In this document: piece after piece, positions 37,246 to 50,795 of the stretch
How positions within the stretch are numbered: position 1 is the first letter of the stretch
How the letters are laid out: each line of letters opens with the position of its first letter
Assembly: GCF_000143415.4 (NCBI RefSeq)
Contig: NW_003314338.1
Location: forward strand, 186,001 to 250,000
Direction: 5' to 3'
DNA: 64,000 bases
DNA from: Selaginella moellendorffii
Taxonomy: Eukaryota; Plantae; Lycopodiophyta
The notes under the pieces: generated by a model
The model's input: only the letters and a program-made list of their open reading frames with translations
Told to the model about the DNA's origin: nothing
Databases searched by the model: none
Made by a program: the position numbers and the translations under genes

Positions 37246-40200
37246 CTCGCTTATTGCTCACTTCGTGGTTGTTCCTCGAGCACTTTGTTGGGAGTTCCAC
37301 TCCCGCTCTCAACCTTTCAAGTCAGAGCTTTTAGTCCAAACGTGTTACGCTCGTTTGGCTTTCACTTTGGCCACTACCACGTGGCACCCTTTCCAGCTCC
37401 ACTTTGGGGCCTAGGGATTTTGTGTCTCACAACTCCACCACCCATATACGAAGTTCGATGTCCTCATCGAACAGTAAACCCTTTTATAAAGTAACACCCG
37501 CAGATATTACCATTCCCATCCTTGGCACCCGGCCAATATGTGTCTATGGTTTGACCCCGAAGGCTCACCATGCCTTGTCCATCCTCTAAAGAGGATAGTC
37601 TCTCTAACTTAGAGACTGATTGGACCACTTGTGGTGGTTCTTTCCATTTATTGGTTTAGTTCTCGCTAAACTTGTTAGAGACACCGTCTCTATCTCAATC
37701 CCACTACTCCATCTTGAGTAGTCTCAATTTTCATCGATATAACCTTTGCACTTTGGAACGTTTACTTTTGACTTCTTGAAGTCAATTTTCCTAGGTGTCT
37801 CCAACACCTTGCATTGCACATATTGTGCAATTCCACTTCCCATCCTAGGAAGTTCTTTAGTTGAGGGCACCATCATCCTCTCTTCTATTTCGTGCGACCT
37901 TGGGCACTAAGTTCCATTTATCATACTTTGTGCTAGGGCTGTCCATGGCCCTATCATTTGGCTACCTTACTGCTCCCTCCCATGGAGCTTCCACTTTCGC
38001 CAAATCGGAGCAATTCGGAATCCATCCTTGGAAACACACTTCCTTTCCCGCAATTTGTTAGCGTCCAACACATTATTGTTTCTCGCCTAACTTTGTCACT
38101 TGGATTCCTTCCAAGGGATTCCACGGCCCTATCTTGGACACTCATCTTTTGCTCCTATCTGTTGATTGTTGCACTAAGCAACACGGAATCTCTGCCTCCC
38201 TCCTTGAGGTATTCTTTTAATTCCATAGCAAAGGCTCTGCTTTGCCAAGACTAGGGTGTTCACCCCTAGTAAGTCTCTTTAGCATCTTCTGCTGTGGGCT
38301 CTATCCACGACTCAACTTTGTGACCCTCCCATAGGTCTCTTTAGACACTACTTTCCTTGGACACACTATGCCATCACAATGACATAGCTCATTTCCCTAA
38401 TGTGCTTTTCCCACTTGGTCACCTTGACCAAGCCACACCATCATCAATAGTTCAAATCAACACTTTGAACTAGGAACCTTATTCCTTAGCCCAAACAAGG
38501 ACCTTGTCCTTATTTAGCCACAAGATCACCTAGTGATCTCACTTCGGCACCTTAACAGGTTTGCCAATAGGTACTAGGTCTTCCAGACCTTTAACTTGTT
38601 AACTACGACCCCGGGGGCATCCCCCACACTTGGCGTGCGCCCAAGCCAGCCCTTCCAGCCAAGGGTCGATAGCAACTTAGACTGGGTGTCCCCATCTCAT
38701 TCACCACGTCTTTGGTGCCACTGGCACCAAAGTGTTCAAGTTAGATATGCTGAGCCACACTAAGCAATCTAACCGTGCATCACGACTCCGAGGCATCCCT
38801 CGCTTGGCGGTGTGCCCAAACCAGTCTCCACACTGAGAGTCCATGGCCACCGAAATATGAGTGTCCTCATATTCCAAACCATCACCACGCCCTAGTGATT
38901 TGGGACTCGAACCCAAGCACTAGAGGGTCGGGACTCGAACCCAACCTCTGTATATGCATCTACGGACGGTATCACCCTAGATGCCTGGCGTGACTCCCCA
39001 CACCGGTACACCAACTTATACTTAAAGTGCGCTACAGATCACAGCTTAGGAACCTAGTTCCTCCACACTACCAAGTCCTCTCACTTGACAAATCCATGAT
39101 CATGCATGGACTCCTCCATGCTTGGCCCCATGGCCCACCCTTTTTGAAGTAATCACCTTCAACTAGGGTATTCGTTCCCCTGACTTGCCAATCTCGTTTG
39201 GCAAGTCCTCCGACCGCTGTAACATGGTTCCTGCATAAGCGTGAAAGTCCTTGACCATCGACTTTCGTTCAAAGCCCTCTCTTTGAACACTCGGGAACTA
39301 CTTCCCTAACCTTGATAGCATTGCCTCATGGCAAGCTTCAAGACCACACTTCTGCTGCGCCACTCTGATTTCGCGCATTCCATGAACCATTTACACTTGG
39401 CCTTTCTAGGTACTAAGTTACCTAGAATCATCTTTGGGAACCTCGAAGGAACTCTATCCCTTAGCTTGCTAAGGCCTCCCTCTTCTCAAGCTTTATAGTT
39501 GCCATATAATCTAACATGGACAATTCCATATTTTAGTCTCTCCATGGCCTCACGGTTGCTAGCAACAACATCCTCGAGCACCCTCTTGATTCTCCACTCC
39601 CAACTTGCATAACCACTGTTGGATATGCCCTTCAATTTCTATGGTTTAGTTCCATCCCAATACTATTTACCTTTTGGCCCCATATGTTTCCTTTGGTTAT
39701 TCTTCTCCAAACTAGGAGGATAGCTTTGCACATTTTACTATGCCTTAGCAAGTGTGCTTAGTTATAAACCTACCCAATAGCCTAGGGAGTGGTTCCTTAA
39801 TCTTGGGCATGCTCACCTTGTAATCCCACATACCGGGGTTAACGTTGCTGCTTATGGGCCTTTACATGCCCATCACTAGCCTTGCCAAAATTCCATTTTT
39901 GGCTTTGTCCAATTCGGGTAAACAGTCTTCTCTTGTCTCCACAATATTGGACATTTGGATAGCACCTTCTATCCATCATTCGTTAGGGACTTAGACCCTT
40001 GGGCCTTATCTATTGCCCTTGCGACACAAAACACCACCTCCTGGTGTTCTAGAGTGTTTGGGTGTCCCAATGATGGCCTCTGGACAATGAGCATTGCTGT
40101 TTATGACATTGACTTACTATATCGCATCATAAGCAATTTATCCCCCGTAAGGGTATATCTAACTTCTTTATACCATTAAGAAGTCTTGGGTAGCTACCTT

Positions 40201-42486
40201 CTACCCGTTTAACCAATTATCTTGCACCTCTTGCTTAGTTGCCCCATAGCTGTTAAGTCCTACAACTCATTGCTTGGTGCTTCCACACCTCCATCATTAT
40301 CTGGGTCACCACACTCCAACCGCATGCCTTCCAGCTTAGGCCATGCCTTTCCCGCTTCCGTTGGGATTCCCTTGGCAAGGGGTTCTTATGAACCCACCAT
40401 CATAACCTCAAGATATCACACCTTGGCACATTTGGTGTCTCCACACCATCAGCTCCACGAGCCTACCTCTATGACACTTCTTCTTTGTGTCTAAGTCTTT
40501 GCCAAGACCAATATAGTTGTTCCTCATGCTAACTATCCGTTAGCACCACACCATAGAGTTTGCACCCAAATCTAGGCCAAAGTTGCTTTCTTCTAGGAAT
40601 ATCTTCCCCACAACTTTAGTATGGCACATTCTGCCATCAATGAGATACCTATTGTTCTCATACTTGGATCTTATGATCCTCCCCATACCTCATGGGGCAC
40701 CATACACCTCAGTCCAAATGCCTCAACCAATCCCTTAAGACCATTCCCTGACTCCACTTGAGTCATCTAGCATTTTGGACTTTGTTAATCCAACGGCCCA
40801 TAAAGTTCTATTTTTGAGGTGCTAGCTCACTGGAATACAACTTCTTGTATTCAGGTCCTACTCACAAGTACCATCTTTGCAAGTCTTACTCCGACACTTG
40901 ATTTGTTCTCTTGGGGCAACCTTTTGCCCCTTAGGACCACTTGTCCATGTGACGAGAATACCAACTCATCCTCTAAGTACACCCCCACCTCCTTGGGTTG
41001 TTCTAGCATTTATTAGAGGTAGCTCCAGCTACCATTTCAAGGACTTGTGTCCTTTTCCGTATTTGACCTCCTACGGTCATTACTTTTGGTCTCACATTCA
41101 TGAGCACCCACCTCAACTATATGAGGATAATCTTGTGATTCCTTTATTGCTTTGGAGTCATTATCTTTCCCGTGATCCCAACTATAGTTGTTTATCACAA
41201 CTATATTAGCCCGTTTGTTGCGTCAAACACTCATTTGGATCACATCCTCAGCTCTCTAAGGAAACCTTATACTGTTCCCAAGATCCCAAAGTCTTTCCAT
41301 TATTGGCCCTTTTCTATCCACCACATTGTGCCGAAGTTCACGCATGAACTTGAGTGGAGAGCCATGTCCTCTCGACATGCTACTCCTCAAGGATAAGCCC
41401 ACTCCTAGGACCTTCCGATGCCAACATCAATGGTGATATACTTGAGCACCAATAAAAGTCGGACTAAGGAACAGCTCTGATACCAAGTTGTAAGCGACTA
41501 ATTTTTTCCATTTTACTTTAGTCACTTAACCACACCTCTGACCACTTGGAGGAGTCTCATTCACAACCTCCATAAGTCCAATTCAGGACTTGGGACTTGC
41601 TATCCCCAAGAATGGCATCCATGCCACTCAACAGTTGCACCTGGTCCAAGTGCTCCACGTGTCCAGTCCCAGGACCGACACCCAAATGTACCACTGACAT
41701 ATCGGCCTGTTACACTAAAGCCATGCCCATTCACCTTTGCCGCACTAGTGGTCCAATACCACTTGCATCACAATCCCGTCTCTCCAAGATTGGGCCATCC
41801 ATCCACGAGTGGTCATCCTAGATCCACTCCTTAGCATCCTTAGGATGCCCACAGACCTAGGGAAAAGCCTTCCCCAAAGTCCCTTTGTCAATTCCTACCA
41901 AGTCCCTTTTCTGCCCATGGCCATGTTCGCCAACACTGACACTCAATCTAGGCCCACAGGCCCGACCACTAAGTCCCATGGTCCTCCAGGACTTCTTCAC
42001 CATGTGACTGTATCCATAGTCACTACGCTAGAGGACTACTCTTCCTCCCTTCCCCCATTTGGGACTCTAGGACAACATTTCGGAACACCGTGGGCTTACG
42101 CGAGCCCCGTGGGTACTCTCCCCGCCTTCTGCCTTTAGGTGCTCTAGCCATAGGCTTAGAGCGAGGTTCCGTTGAGCCACGCCAGGTATCCAAGTAGGTA
42201 GTGCCACCCACACTTGGATTGGGAGCATCGGCCAGTCGATCTCCCGGGGGAACTAGAGCTGGCTCTTGAACACTTCACCAAGCTACCCCACTTGTCGGTC
42301 TGTATTTACTCTAGTCTTGGACTTCCCAGTGGGCAGCTCATCACCCAACATTGGGTACAGCTTTTCTGGGCCAAACTGGCCTTTCCTGGCGAAACTGGCT
42401 CCACTGCAGTCCTCCCCCTCACTATACTTTTGGAGCTCACCAAACCCCCCAGGGTCTGGGAGACGAACGCTTTGGGCTTTCACCCT

Positions 42487-43012
42487 CTCAGACTCGGACT
42501 CGGACTCAGACTCGGACTCGGTCTCGGCCTCGGCCTCAGTCTCGGTCTCGGTCCAGGTCTCGTCCCGGTCTCGGTCTCAACCTTGGACTCCATCTCGGGT
42601 CCTTCTCGGACTCCATCTCGGATTCCATCTTGGGTCCATCTCGGACTCCATCTCGGTCCATCTCCGACTCCATCTCGGACTCCGTCTCGGACTCCATCTC
42701 GGACTCCATCTTGGGCTCCGTCTCGGTCCATCTCGGACTCCATCTCGGACTCCACTTTGGACTCCATCTCGGACTCCACTTCAGACTCCACTTGGGACTC
42801 CATCTCGGACTCCATCTCGGACTCCACCTCGGACTCCACCTCGGACTCCACCTCGGACTCCGTCTCGGTCCATCTCGGACTCCATCTCGGACTCCACCTC
42901 GGACTCCACCTCGGACTCCATCTCGGACTCCGTCTCGGTCCATCTCGGACTCCATCTTGGACTCCACCTCGGACTCCACCTCAGACTCCACCTCGGACTC
43001 CATCTCGGACTC
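42487..43012. repeat. LTR-internal 6/12-bp tandem array (longer allele)
   Basis: Same units as 36896-37245 with more copies. Confidence 0.95.
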
Positions 43013-43198
43013 CTCGCTCATTGCTCGCTTCGTGCTTGTTCCTCGAGCACTTTGTTGGGAGTTCCACTCCCGCTCTCAACCTTTCAAGTCAGAGCTTTTA
43101 GTCCAAATGTGTTACGCTCGTTTGGCTTTCACTTCGGCCACTACCACGTGGCACCCTTTCCAGCTCCACTTTGGGGCCTAGGGATTTTGTGTCTCACA

Positions 43199-44671
43199 TT
43201 TGGCAAGCCAGACTAACGGTGTAACGGTTGGGTGAACCAAGGACTATAGAGTTTGTTCAAGGTAGCCAAAGCACCGATAAGGTACTTCGATAAGCACTAG
43301 TTGAAATAGGGACATGGAAAGTAGACATGGATTTCACCGTGTTGGACATAGTGGGATTTGACGTAATCTTCAGGATGGATTGGTTCAATCGGTTCATAGT
43401 AGCCCAGCATGGACAAGGTAGGAACCTTGTGGTATTGGCGAATGCCTAGGGAGAACGATCTAGGGTGGAGGCCCAGGATTTGAATGTAGGGCAAAGTAAA
43501 GCCAAAGACTCTTGCTTAAACCTGGTGTGCACAAGAGGACAACTCACTAAAGGAACCAAGGTAGCACTTTTATGCTTACTCTTGGTGAAGAGTGACAAAA
43601 AGACAAGAATAGAAGAAATACCTTTAGTGATCTAGCAGGTGTTGGACCAATTCCAAGATACCATGCCGGAGGAGCTACCGGCAGGGTTGCCCCTGCACGA
43701 CCGATAGAATATAAGATTGAGCTGATTAAGGGTGCTAAGGTGGTGGTTCGCCCACCCTATCATTTGAATGAAAAGGAACTCGAGGAGCTCAAGCGCCAAC
43801 TAGAAGAGTTGGTGGACAAAGGGTATGTTAGGTTAAGCAAGTCGCCATATGGGTGTTGGTGTTATTTGTGAAAAAGAAAGATGGATCTCTGCGCATATGT
43901 ATAGACTACTGATTGCTCAACAAGTATACAAAGAAGAACAAGTACTCTTTGCCAAGGATAGAGGACCTGCTCGATAAGTTGGGAAAGGAAAAATACTTCT
44001 TGAGGATTAACCTAAGGTCAGAATACTATCAGATCAGGGTAGCAGAGGAAGATGTCGAGAAGACAACGTGTCGGACAAGGTATGGGAGCTTTGAGTTTCT
44101 AGTGATGCCCTTTGGGCTATGCAATGCGCTAGCAATGTTTTTGGTGTTGATGAAGTACATTTTTGTACCCTATCTGGATCACTTTGTGGTCATCTATATT
44201 GACGACATTTTGATCTATAGCGAGACACAAGAGTAGCATGCTGAACATTTGACGAAAGTCTATATGCTAAAAAGAGCAAATGTGACTTTGCTCAACAAGA
44301 GGTAAATTTTCTCGGGCATGTGGTGGGCAAGGACGGGCTTAAGGTGGACCTTGAGAAGGTCCAAGTGATCCAGAAATGGGAATGACCATCAAACGTACAT
44401 GAGTTGAGGGCATTCTTGGGGCTATACAACTACAATTGAAAGTTTATCAAACATTATTCAAGAGTAACTCTGCCCTTAACAGACTAAATGGGTAAAAGGA
44501 AGATGGTATAGACAGTGGAATGCGAGGTAGCATTTATCCACCTCAAAGGGAAGTTGAGGAAGACCCTATGTTGGCATTACCCAACTTTAGTAAGCACTTT
44601 TAGATAGAAACGGGTGCTTTAGACTTTGCATTAGGTGCAGTTTTGAAGCAAGACAACCATCTAGTGGCATT
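43199..44671 (+). pseudogene. pol: pol remainder: protease C-terminal half, reverse transcriptase, start of RNase H
   Basis: FDVIFRMDW; FVKKKDGSLRICIDY*LLNK; [11 protein letters not shown]; [19 protein letters not shown]; [12 protein letters not shown]; ETGALDFALGAVLKQ; in-frame stops. Confidence 0.93.
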
Positions 44672-47600
44672 TATGAGTGACTAATTTTTCCATTCTACTT
44701 TAGTCACTTAACCGCACCTCAGACCACTTGGATGAGTCTCACTCACAACCTCCATAAGCCCTATTCTGGACTTGGGTATGCTAGTCTTTTGCTCCTATCT
44801 TTGCCAAGTCTTTTCACTTGACAAGTCTGTGATCATGCATGAACTCTTCTATGCTTGGCCCCATGGGCCACCCTTTTTGAAGTTAGCACCTTCAACTAGG
44901 GGATTTATTCCCTTGACTCGCCAATCTTGCTTATCAAGTGTGACATGGTTTATGCATAAGCGTGAAAGTCCTTAACCATTGACTTTTGTTCAAAGCCCTC
45001 TCTTTGAACACTTGGGAACTACTTCCCCAACCTTGATAGCCTCACCTTATAGGTAGCTTTAAGACCACACTTCTGTTGTGCCACTCTGATTTTGTGCACT
45101 CTAGGAACCATTTACACTTGGCTTTCTAGGTACTTATCTACCCAGAATTGTCTTCGGGAACCTTCAAGGAACTTTGTTCTTTAGTTTGCTAAGGCTTCTC
45201 CTTCGCAAGCTCTCTACTCACCATATGGTCTAACATGGATAATTCCACATTTTAGACTCTTCATGGCATTGTGGTTGCTAGTAGCAATATCCTTGAGCAC
45301 CCTCTTGATTCTCCACTCCCAACTTGCATAACCACCGTTGGTTATGCCCTTCGATTTCTATGGTTCAGTTCCATCCCAATACTATTTGCCTTTTGGCCTC
45401 TTGTGTTTCCTTTAGTTATTCTCCTCCAGACTAGGAACATAGCTTTGCACCTTCTACCATGCCTTAACAAGTATTTATAGGGATGAACCTACCCAATAGC
45501 TTAGGGAGTGGTTCCTCAATCTGGGCATGCTCACTTTATAATCCCACACACCAGAATTAATATTGCTACTTATGGGCCTCTATATGCCTATCACTAGCTT
45601 TGCTAAAATCCCATTTTTGGCTTTGTCCAAATTGGGTAGACAGATTTCTCCCGTCTCCAGAGCCTTGGACATTTGAATAACACCTTCTATCTGTCATTTG
45701 CTAGGGACTTAATCCCTTGGGCTTTATCTAATGCCCTCGTGACACCAAACACCACTTCCTGGTGTTCTAAAGTGTTTGGGTGTCCCGATGATGGCCTTCT
45801 TTGGCAATGAGCATTCCCTTTACGACATTGACTTACTATTTCGCAACATAAACAGTTTCTCCCCCATAAGGGTATATCTAACTTCCTTATCCCTATAAGA
45901 AGTCTTAGGTAGTTACCAATTTAACTAATTATTTTGCACCTTTTGCTTAGTTGCCTCATAGTTGTCAAGTCCTACAACTCTTTGCTGGTGCTTCCACACC
46001 TCCATCATTATTTGGGTCATCACACTCTAATCACATGCCTTCTAGCTTAGGCTATGCCATTCCCATTTCCATTGGGATTCCCTTGGTAAGGGGTTCTCAT
46101 GAACCCACCAACATAACCTCAAGGTATCACACTTTGGCACATTTGGGGTTTCCACACCATCGGCTCCATGAGCCTATCTTTATGACACATTTACTTGTGT
46201 CTAGGTCTTTTGCCAAAACCAATACGGTTGTCTCTCATACCAACTATCTATTAGGATTGCACCATAGAGTTCATGCACAACTTTGTGTCAAAGTTGTCTT
46301 CTTCTGGGAAACTCTTTCCCATGACTTTAGCATGGCACCTTTTGCCATCGATGAGATACACACTATTCTCATGCTTGGATCTTAAGATCCTCCCCATCCT
46401 TCGTGCGGCAGCACACACCTCAGTTCAAATGCTCCCATCAATCCCTTAGGATTATTTTTTAACTCTATTGGAGTCATCTAGCTCTTTGGACTTTGCTAAT
46501 CCGACAACCTATGAGGTCCTACTTTTGAGGTACCAGCTCACTAGAATACAACTTCTTGTATTCGCATCTTACTCACAAAGACCATATTTGCAAGTGTCAC
46601 TCCAACACTTGATGTTGTTCCCTAGGGCAACCTTTTGCCCCTTAGGACTACTTGTCCATATAATGAGAATACCAACTCATCCTCTAAGTACATCCCCAAC
46701 TCCTTGGGGTTTTCTAGCATTTATCAAGGGTAGCCTTGAGTACCATTTTGAGGACTTGTGCCCTTTTCGGTATTTGACCCTCCACGGTCATTAATTCTGG
46801 TCTCAAATTCATGAGCATTAGCTTCAATTTCAAAAGGGTATTCTTGTGACTCCTTTATTGTTTTGGAGTCTGCATCTTTCCCCTGATCCCAACTATAGTT
46901 GTTTACCACAACTATATTAGCCCGTTTGCTACATCAAACGCTCATCTGGATCACATCCTCAACTCTCTGAGGAAACCCTTATACTATTCCCAAGATCCTA
47001 AAGTCATTCCATTATTAGCCCTTTTCCATCCACCACATTGCGCACAAGTTCACACATGAACTTGAGTGGAGAGCCATGTTTTCCTGACTTGCTACTCCTA
47101 AAGGAAACACCCACTTCTAGGACCTTCCGATGCCAACACAAGTGGTGATATACTTGACCACCAATAAAAGTCAAACTAAGGAACACCTCTGATACCAAGT
47201 TATGAGTGACTAATTTTTCCATTCTACATTAGTCACTCAACCGCACCTCCAACCACTAGGAGGAGTCTTACTCACAACCTCCATAAGCCCTATCCTGGAC
47301 TTGGGCATGCTAGCCTTGAGAATGGCATCCCCGCCACTCAACCTTTACACTTGGCCCAAGTGCTCCACATGTCTGATCCCATGACTGACACCCCAATGTA
47401 CCATTGACATATCAACCCGTTACGCTAAGGCTATGCCCATTCACCTTGGTCACATCGGTGGTCCGACACCACCTATATTACAATCCCATCTCTCAAAGAC
47501 TAGGTTATCCATTCGTGAATGATCACCCCAGATCCACTCCTTAGCATCCTTAGGATGCTCACAAACATGGGGAATAGCCTTCCCCAACATCCCTTTTACA

Positions 47601-48012
47601 GTCTCCACCAAGTCCCTTTTTGCCCATGGCCGTGTTCCCCAACACTGCCACTGGATCAAGGCCCATAGGCCTGACCACTAAGTCCCACGGTCCTCTAGGA
47701 CTTCCTCACCACCCAATTGTATCCTTGGTCACTACCCCAGAGGACTACTCTTCTTCCTTTCCACAGTATGGGCCTTTGGGACAACATTTCGGAACACCGT
47801 GGCCCTACACAGGCCTCATGGGTACTCTCCCCACCTTCCACCTATGGGTGCTCTACCCATAGGTGTAGAGCGAGGTTTTGTTGAGCCACACTTGGTATCC
47901 AAGTAGGTAGTGCCACCCACACTTGGACTGGGAGCATCGGCCAGTCAATCTCTCCGGGGACCTAGAGCTGGCCCTTGAACACTTCACCAAGCTACCCCAC
48001 TTGTCGGTCTGT
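44672..48012 (-). mobile_element. internally deleted copy of the non-autonomous family (110-bp LTR stub, partial interior, PBS, partial 5' LTR)
   Basis: LTR end 44672-~44785 jumps to interior equivalent to ~39070; PBS cctctgatacca 47186-47197; LTR 47201-48012. Confidence 0.88.
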
Positions 48013-48019
48013 CTCCCAA

Positions 48020-49977
48020 GAGACTGGGAACGGGACCGGGACCGAAACCGAGCCCGAGGCCGAGACCAAGCCCGAGCACGAGTCCAAGTTCGATTCCGAG
48101 TCCGAGTCCGAGTTCGAGTCTGAGAGGGTGAAAGCCCAAAGCGTTTGTCTCCCAGACCCTGGGGGGTTTCGTGAGCTCCAAAAGTATAGTGAGGGGGAGG
48201 ACTGCAGTGGAGCCAGTTTGGCCAGGAAGGGCCAGTTTGGCCTAGGAAGGCTGTGCTCAGTGTTGGGTGATGAGCTGCCCACTGGGAAGTCCAAGACTAG
48301 AGTGAACATAGACCGACAAGCGGGGTAGCTTGGTGAAGTGTTCAAGAGCCGGCTCTAGTTCCCCCGGGAGATTGACTGGCCGATGCTCCCAGTCCAAGTG
48401 TGGGTGGCACTACCTACTTGGATACTAGGCGTGGCTCAACGGAACCTCGCTCTAAGCCCATGGCTAGAGCACCCAAAGGCAGAAGGCGGGGAGAGTACCC
48501 AGGTGGCTCGCATAAGGCCACAGTGTTCCAAAGTGTTGTCCCAAAGTCCCAGACTGTGGAAAGGAAAAGGAGCAATTCTTTGGTGTGGTGGCAAAGGATA
48601 CGGTCACATGGTGAGGAAGTCCCAGAGGACCATGGGACTTAGTGGTCAGGCCTGTGGGCCTCGATTCGGTGGCAGTGTTGGCAAACTCGGCCAAGGGCAG
48701 AAAGGGACTTAGTGGGGACAGACAGAGGGATTTTGGGGAAGGCTGTTCCCCTTGTTGGTGGGCATCCTAAGGATGCTAAGGAGTGGATCTGGGATGACCA
48801 CTCACGGATGGTTGCCCCAGTCTTTGAGAGACAAGACTGTGTTGCAAGTGGTATAGGACTACCAGTGCGGCAAAGGTGATTGGGCATGGCCTTAGCATAA
48901 CAGGCTGCTATGTCGGTGGTACCTTTGAGTGTCGGTCATGGGATCGGACACGTGGAGCACTTGGACCAGGTGCAAGGGTGGAGTGGCATGGATGCCATTC
49001 TTGGGGCTAGCAAATTCCAAGTCCTTAATTGGACTTAAGGAGGTTGTGAATGAGACTCCTCCAAGTGGTCGGAGGTGTGGTTAAGTGACTAAAGTAGAAT
49101 GGAAAATTTAGTCGCTTACAACTTGGTATCGGAGCTGTTCCTTAGTTTGACTCTTATTGGTGGCCAAGTATATCACCACTTGTATTGGGATTGGAAGGTC
49201 CTAGATATGGACCTATCCTCGAGGAGTAGCATGTTGAGAGGACATGGCTCTCCACTCAAGTTCATCCGTGAACTTGTGCACGATATGGTGGATGGAAAAA
49301 GGGCCAGTAAGGGAACGACTTTGGGATCTTGGGAACAGTATAAAGGTTTCCTTAGAGAGCTGAGGATGTGATCCAGATGAGCGTTTGACACAGCAAACGA
49401 GCTAATGTAGTTGTGGTAAATAACTACAGTTGGGATCACGGGGAAGATGCAGACTCCAAAACAAAAAAGGAGTCACAAAATTACCCTCGTATAGTTGAGG
49501 TTGGTGCTCATAACTTTGAGACCGGAATTGATGACCATGGGAGGTCAAATACAGAAAAGGACGCTTGAAATGGTAGCCGGGGCTACCTCTAATAAATGTT
49601 GGAACAACCCAAGGAATTGGGGGTGTACTCAAAGGATGAGTTGGTGTTCTTATCACATGGACAAGTGGTCCTTAGGGGCAAAAGGCTGCCCAAGAGAACA
49701 AATCAAGTGTCAGAGTAACACTTGAAAAGATGGTCCTTGTGAACAGGACTTGAATACAAGAAAGTTATATTCAAATGAGCTGGCACCTCAAAAGTAAGAC
49801 CTTATAGGTCGGGGGATTAGCAAAGTCCAAAATGCTGGATGACTCAAGTGGAGTCAGGGAATGGTTCTAAAGGATTACTAGAAGCATTTGGACTGAGGTG
49901 TATGCTACCCCATGAGGTATGGGGAGAATCATAAGAATCAAGTATGAGAACAGAGGGTATCTCATTGATGGCAGAAT
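48020..49977 (+). mobile_element. truncated copy of the same family in the opposite orientation (partial LTR, PBS, 0.85 kb interior)
   Basis: LTR ends gtcgcttaca at 49120; PBS tggtatcggagc 49124-49135; interrupted by a new LTR at 49978. Confidence 0.88.
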
Positions 49978-50207
49978 TGTGAGACACAAAATCCCTAGGC
50001 CCCAAAGTGGAGCCGGAAGGGTGCCACGTGGTAGTGGCCGAAGCGAAAGCCAAACGAGCGTAATATGTTTGGACTAAAAGCTCTGACTTGGAACTTTAAA
50101 AGCGGGAGTGGAACTCCCAACAAAGTGCTCTCAAGGAACAAGCACAAAGCGAGCAAAAAGTGAGGCTCCAAAATGGGACCCAAAAGGACCAACACATGAC
50201 ACATGGA

Positions 50208-50795
50208 AGTGTCCGACATGGAGTCCGAAGTGGAGTCCGAGATGGAGTCTGAGGTGGAGTCCGAGATGGACCGAGACAAAGTCCGAGATGGAGTCCGAGA
50301 TGGACCGAGACGGAGTCCGAGATGGAGTCCGAGATGGACCGAGACGGAGTCCGAGATGGAGTCCGAGGTAGAGTCCGAGATGGAGTCCAAGGTAGAGTCC
50401 GAGATGGAGTCCGAGATGGAGTCCGAAGTGGAGTCTGAGATGGAGTCCGAGGCGGAGTCCGAGATGGACCAAGATGGAGTCCGAGATGGACCGAGACGGA
50501 GTCCAAGATGGAGTCCGAGATGGACCGAGACGGATTCCGAGATGGAGTCCGAGATGGACCGAGACGGATTCCGAGATGGAGTCCGAGATGGACCCGAGAT
50601 TGAATCCGAGATGGAGTCCGAGAAGGACCCAAGATGGAGTCCGAGGTCAAGACCGAGACTGGGACCGAGACCGGGACTGAGACCGAGACCGAGATCGGGA
50701 CCGAGACCGAGCTTGAGGCGGAGGCCGAGACTGAGCCCGAGCCCGAGTCCGAGTCTGAGTCCAAGTCCGAGTCTGAGTCCGAGTTCAAGTCTGAG
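50208..50795. repeat. LTR-internal 12/6-bp tandem array
   Basis: GGAGTCCGAGAT units followed by CCGAGA/CCGAGT units. Confidence 0.95.

Larger units (their letters stand above)
35898..43198 (-). mobile_element. complete 7.3-kb non-autonomous LTR retrotransposon (LARD-like) nested in the host protease
   Basis: TG..CA LTRs 35898-37431 and 41489-43198; 5-bp TSD TTTGG at 35893-35897 and 43199-43203; PBS 41474-41485; PPT-like gggtggtggagt 37432-37443 on -; ~4.06-kb interior without long ORFs. Confidence 0.95.
33705..44671 (+). mobile_element. decayed Ty3/gypsy host element (partial 5' LTR, PBS, gag, PR, RT, start of RNase H), interrupted at 35898 and cut at 44672
   Basis: LTR ends ..ggtttaca at 34501; PBS 34505; gag with degenerate Zn knuckle; protease ILIDTGAS ~35848; RT YIDD ~44195; PR-RT-RH order. 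Confidence 0.92.

Noticed and set aside
50208-50795. Regular short repeats superficially like a CRISPR array
   Set aside because: No unique spacers, no cas genes, eukaryotic LTR context
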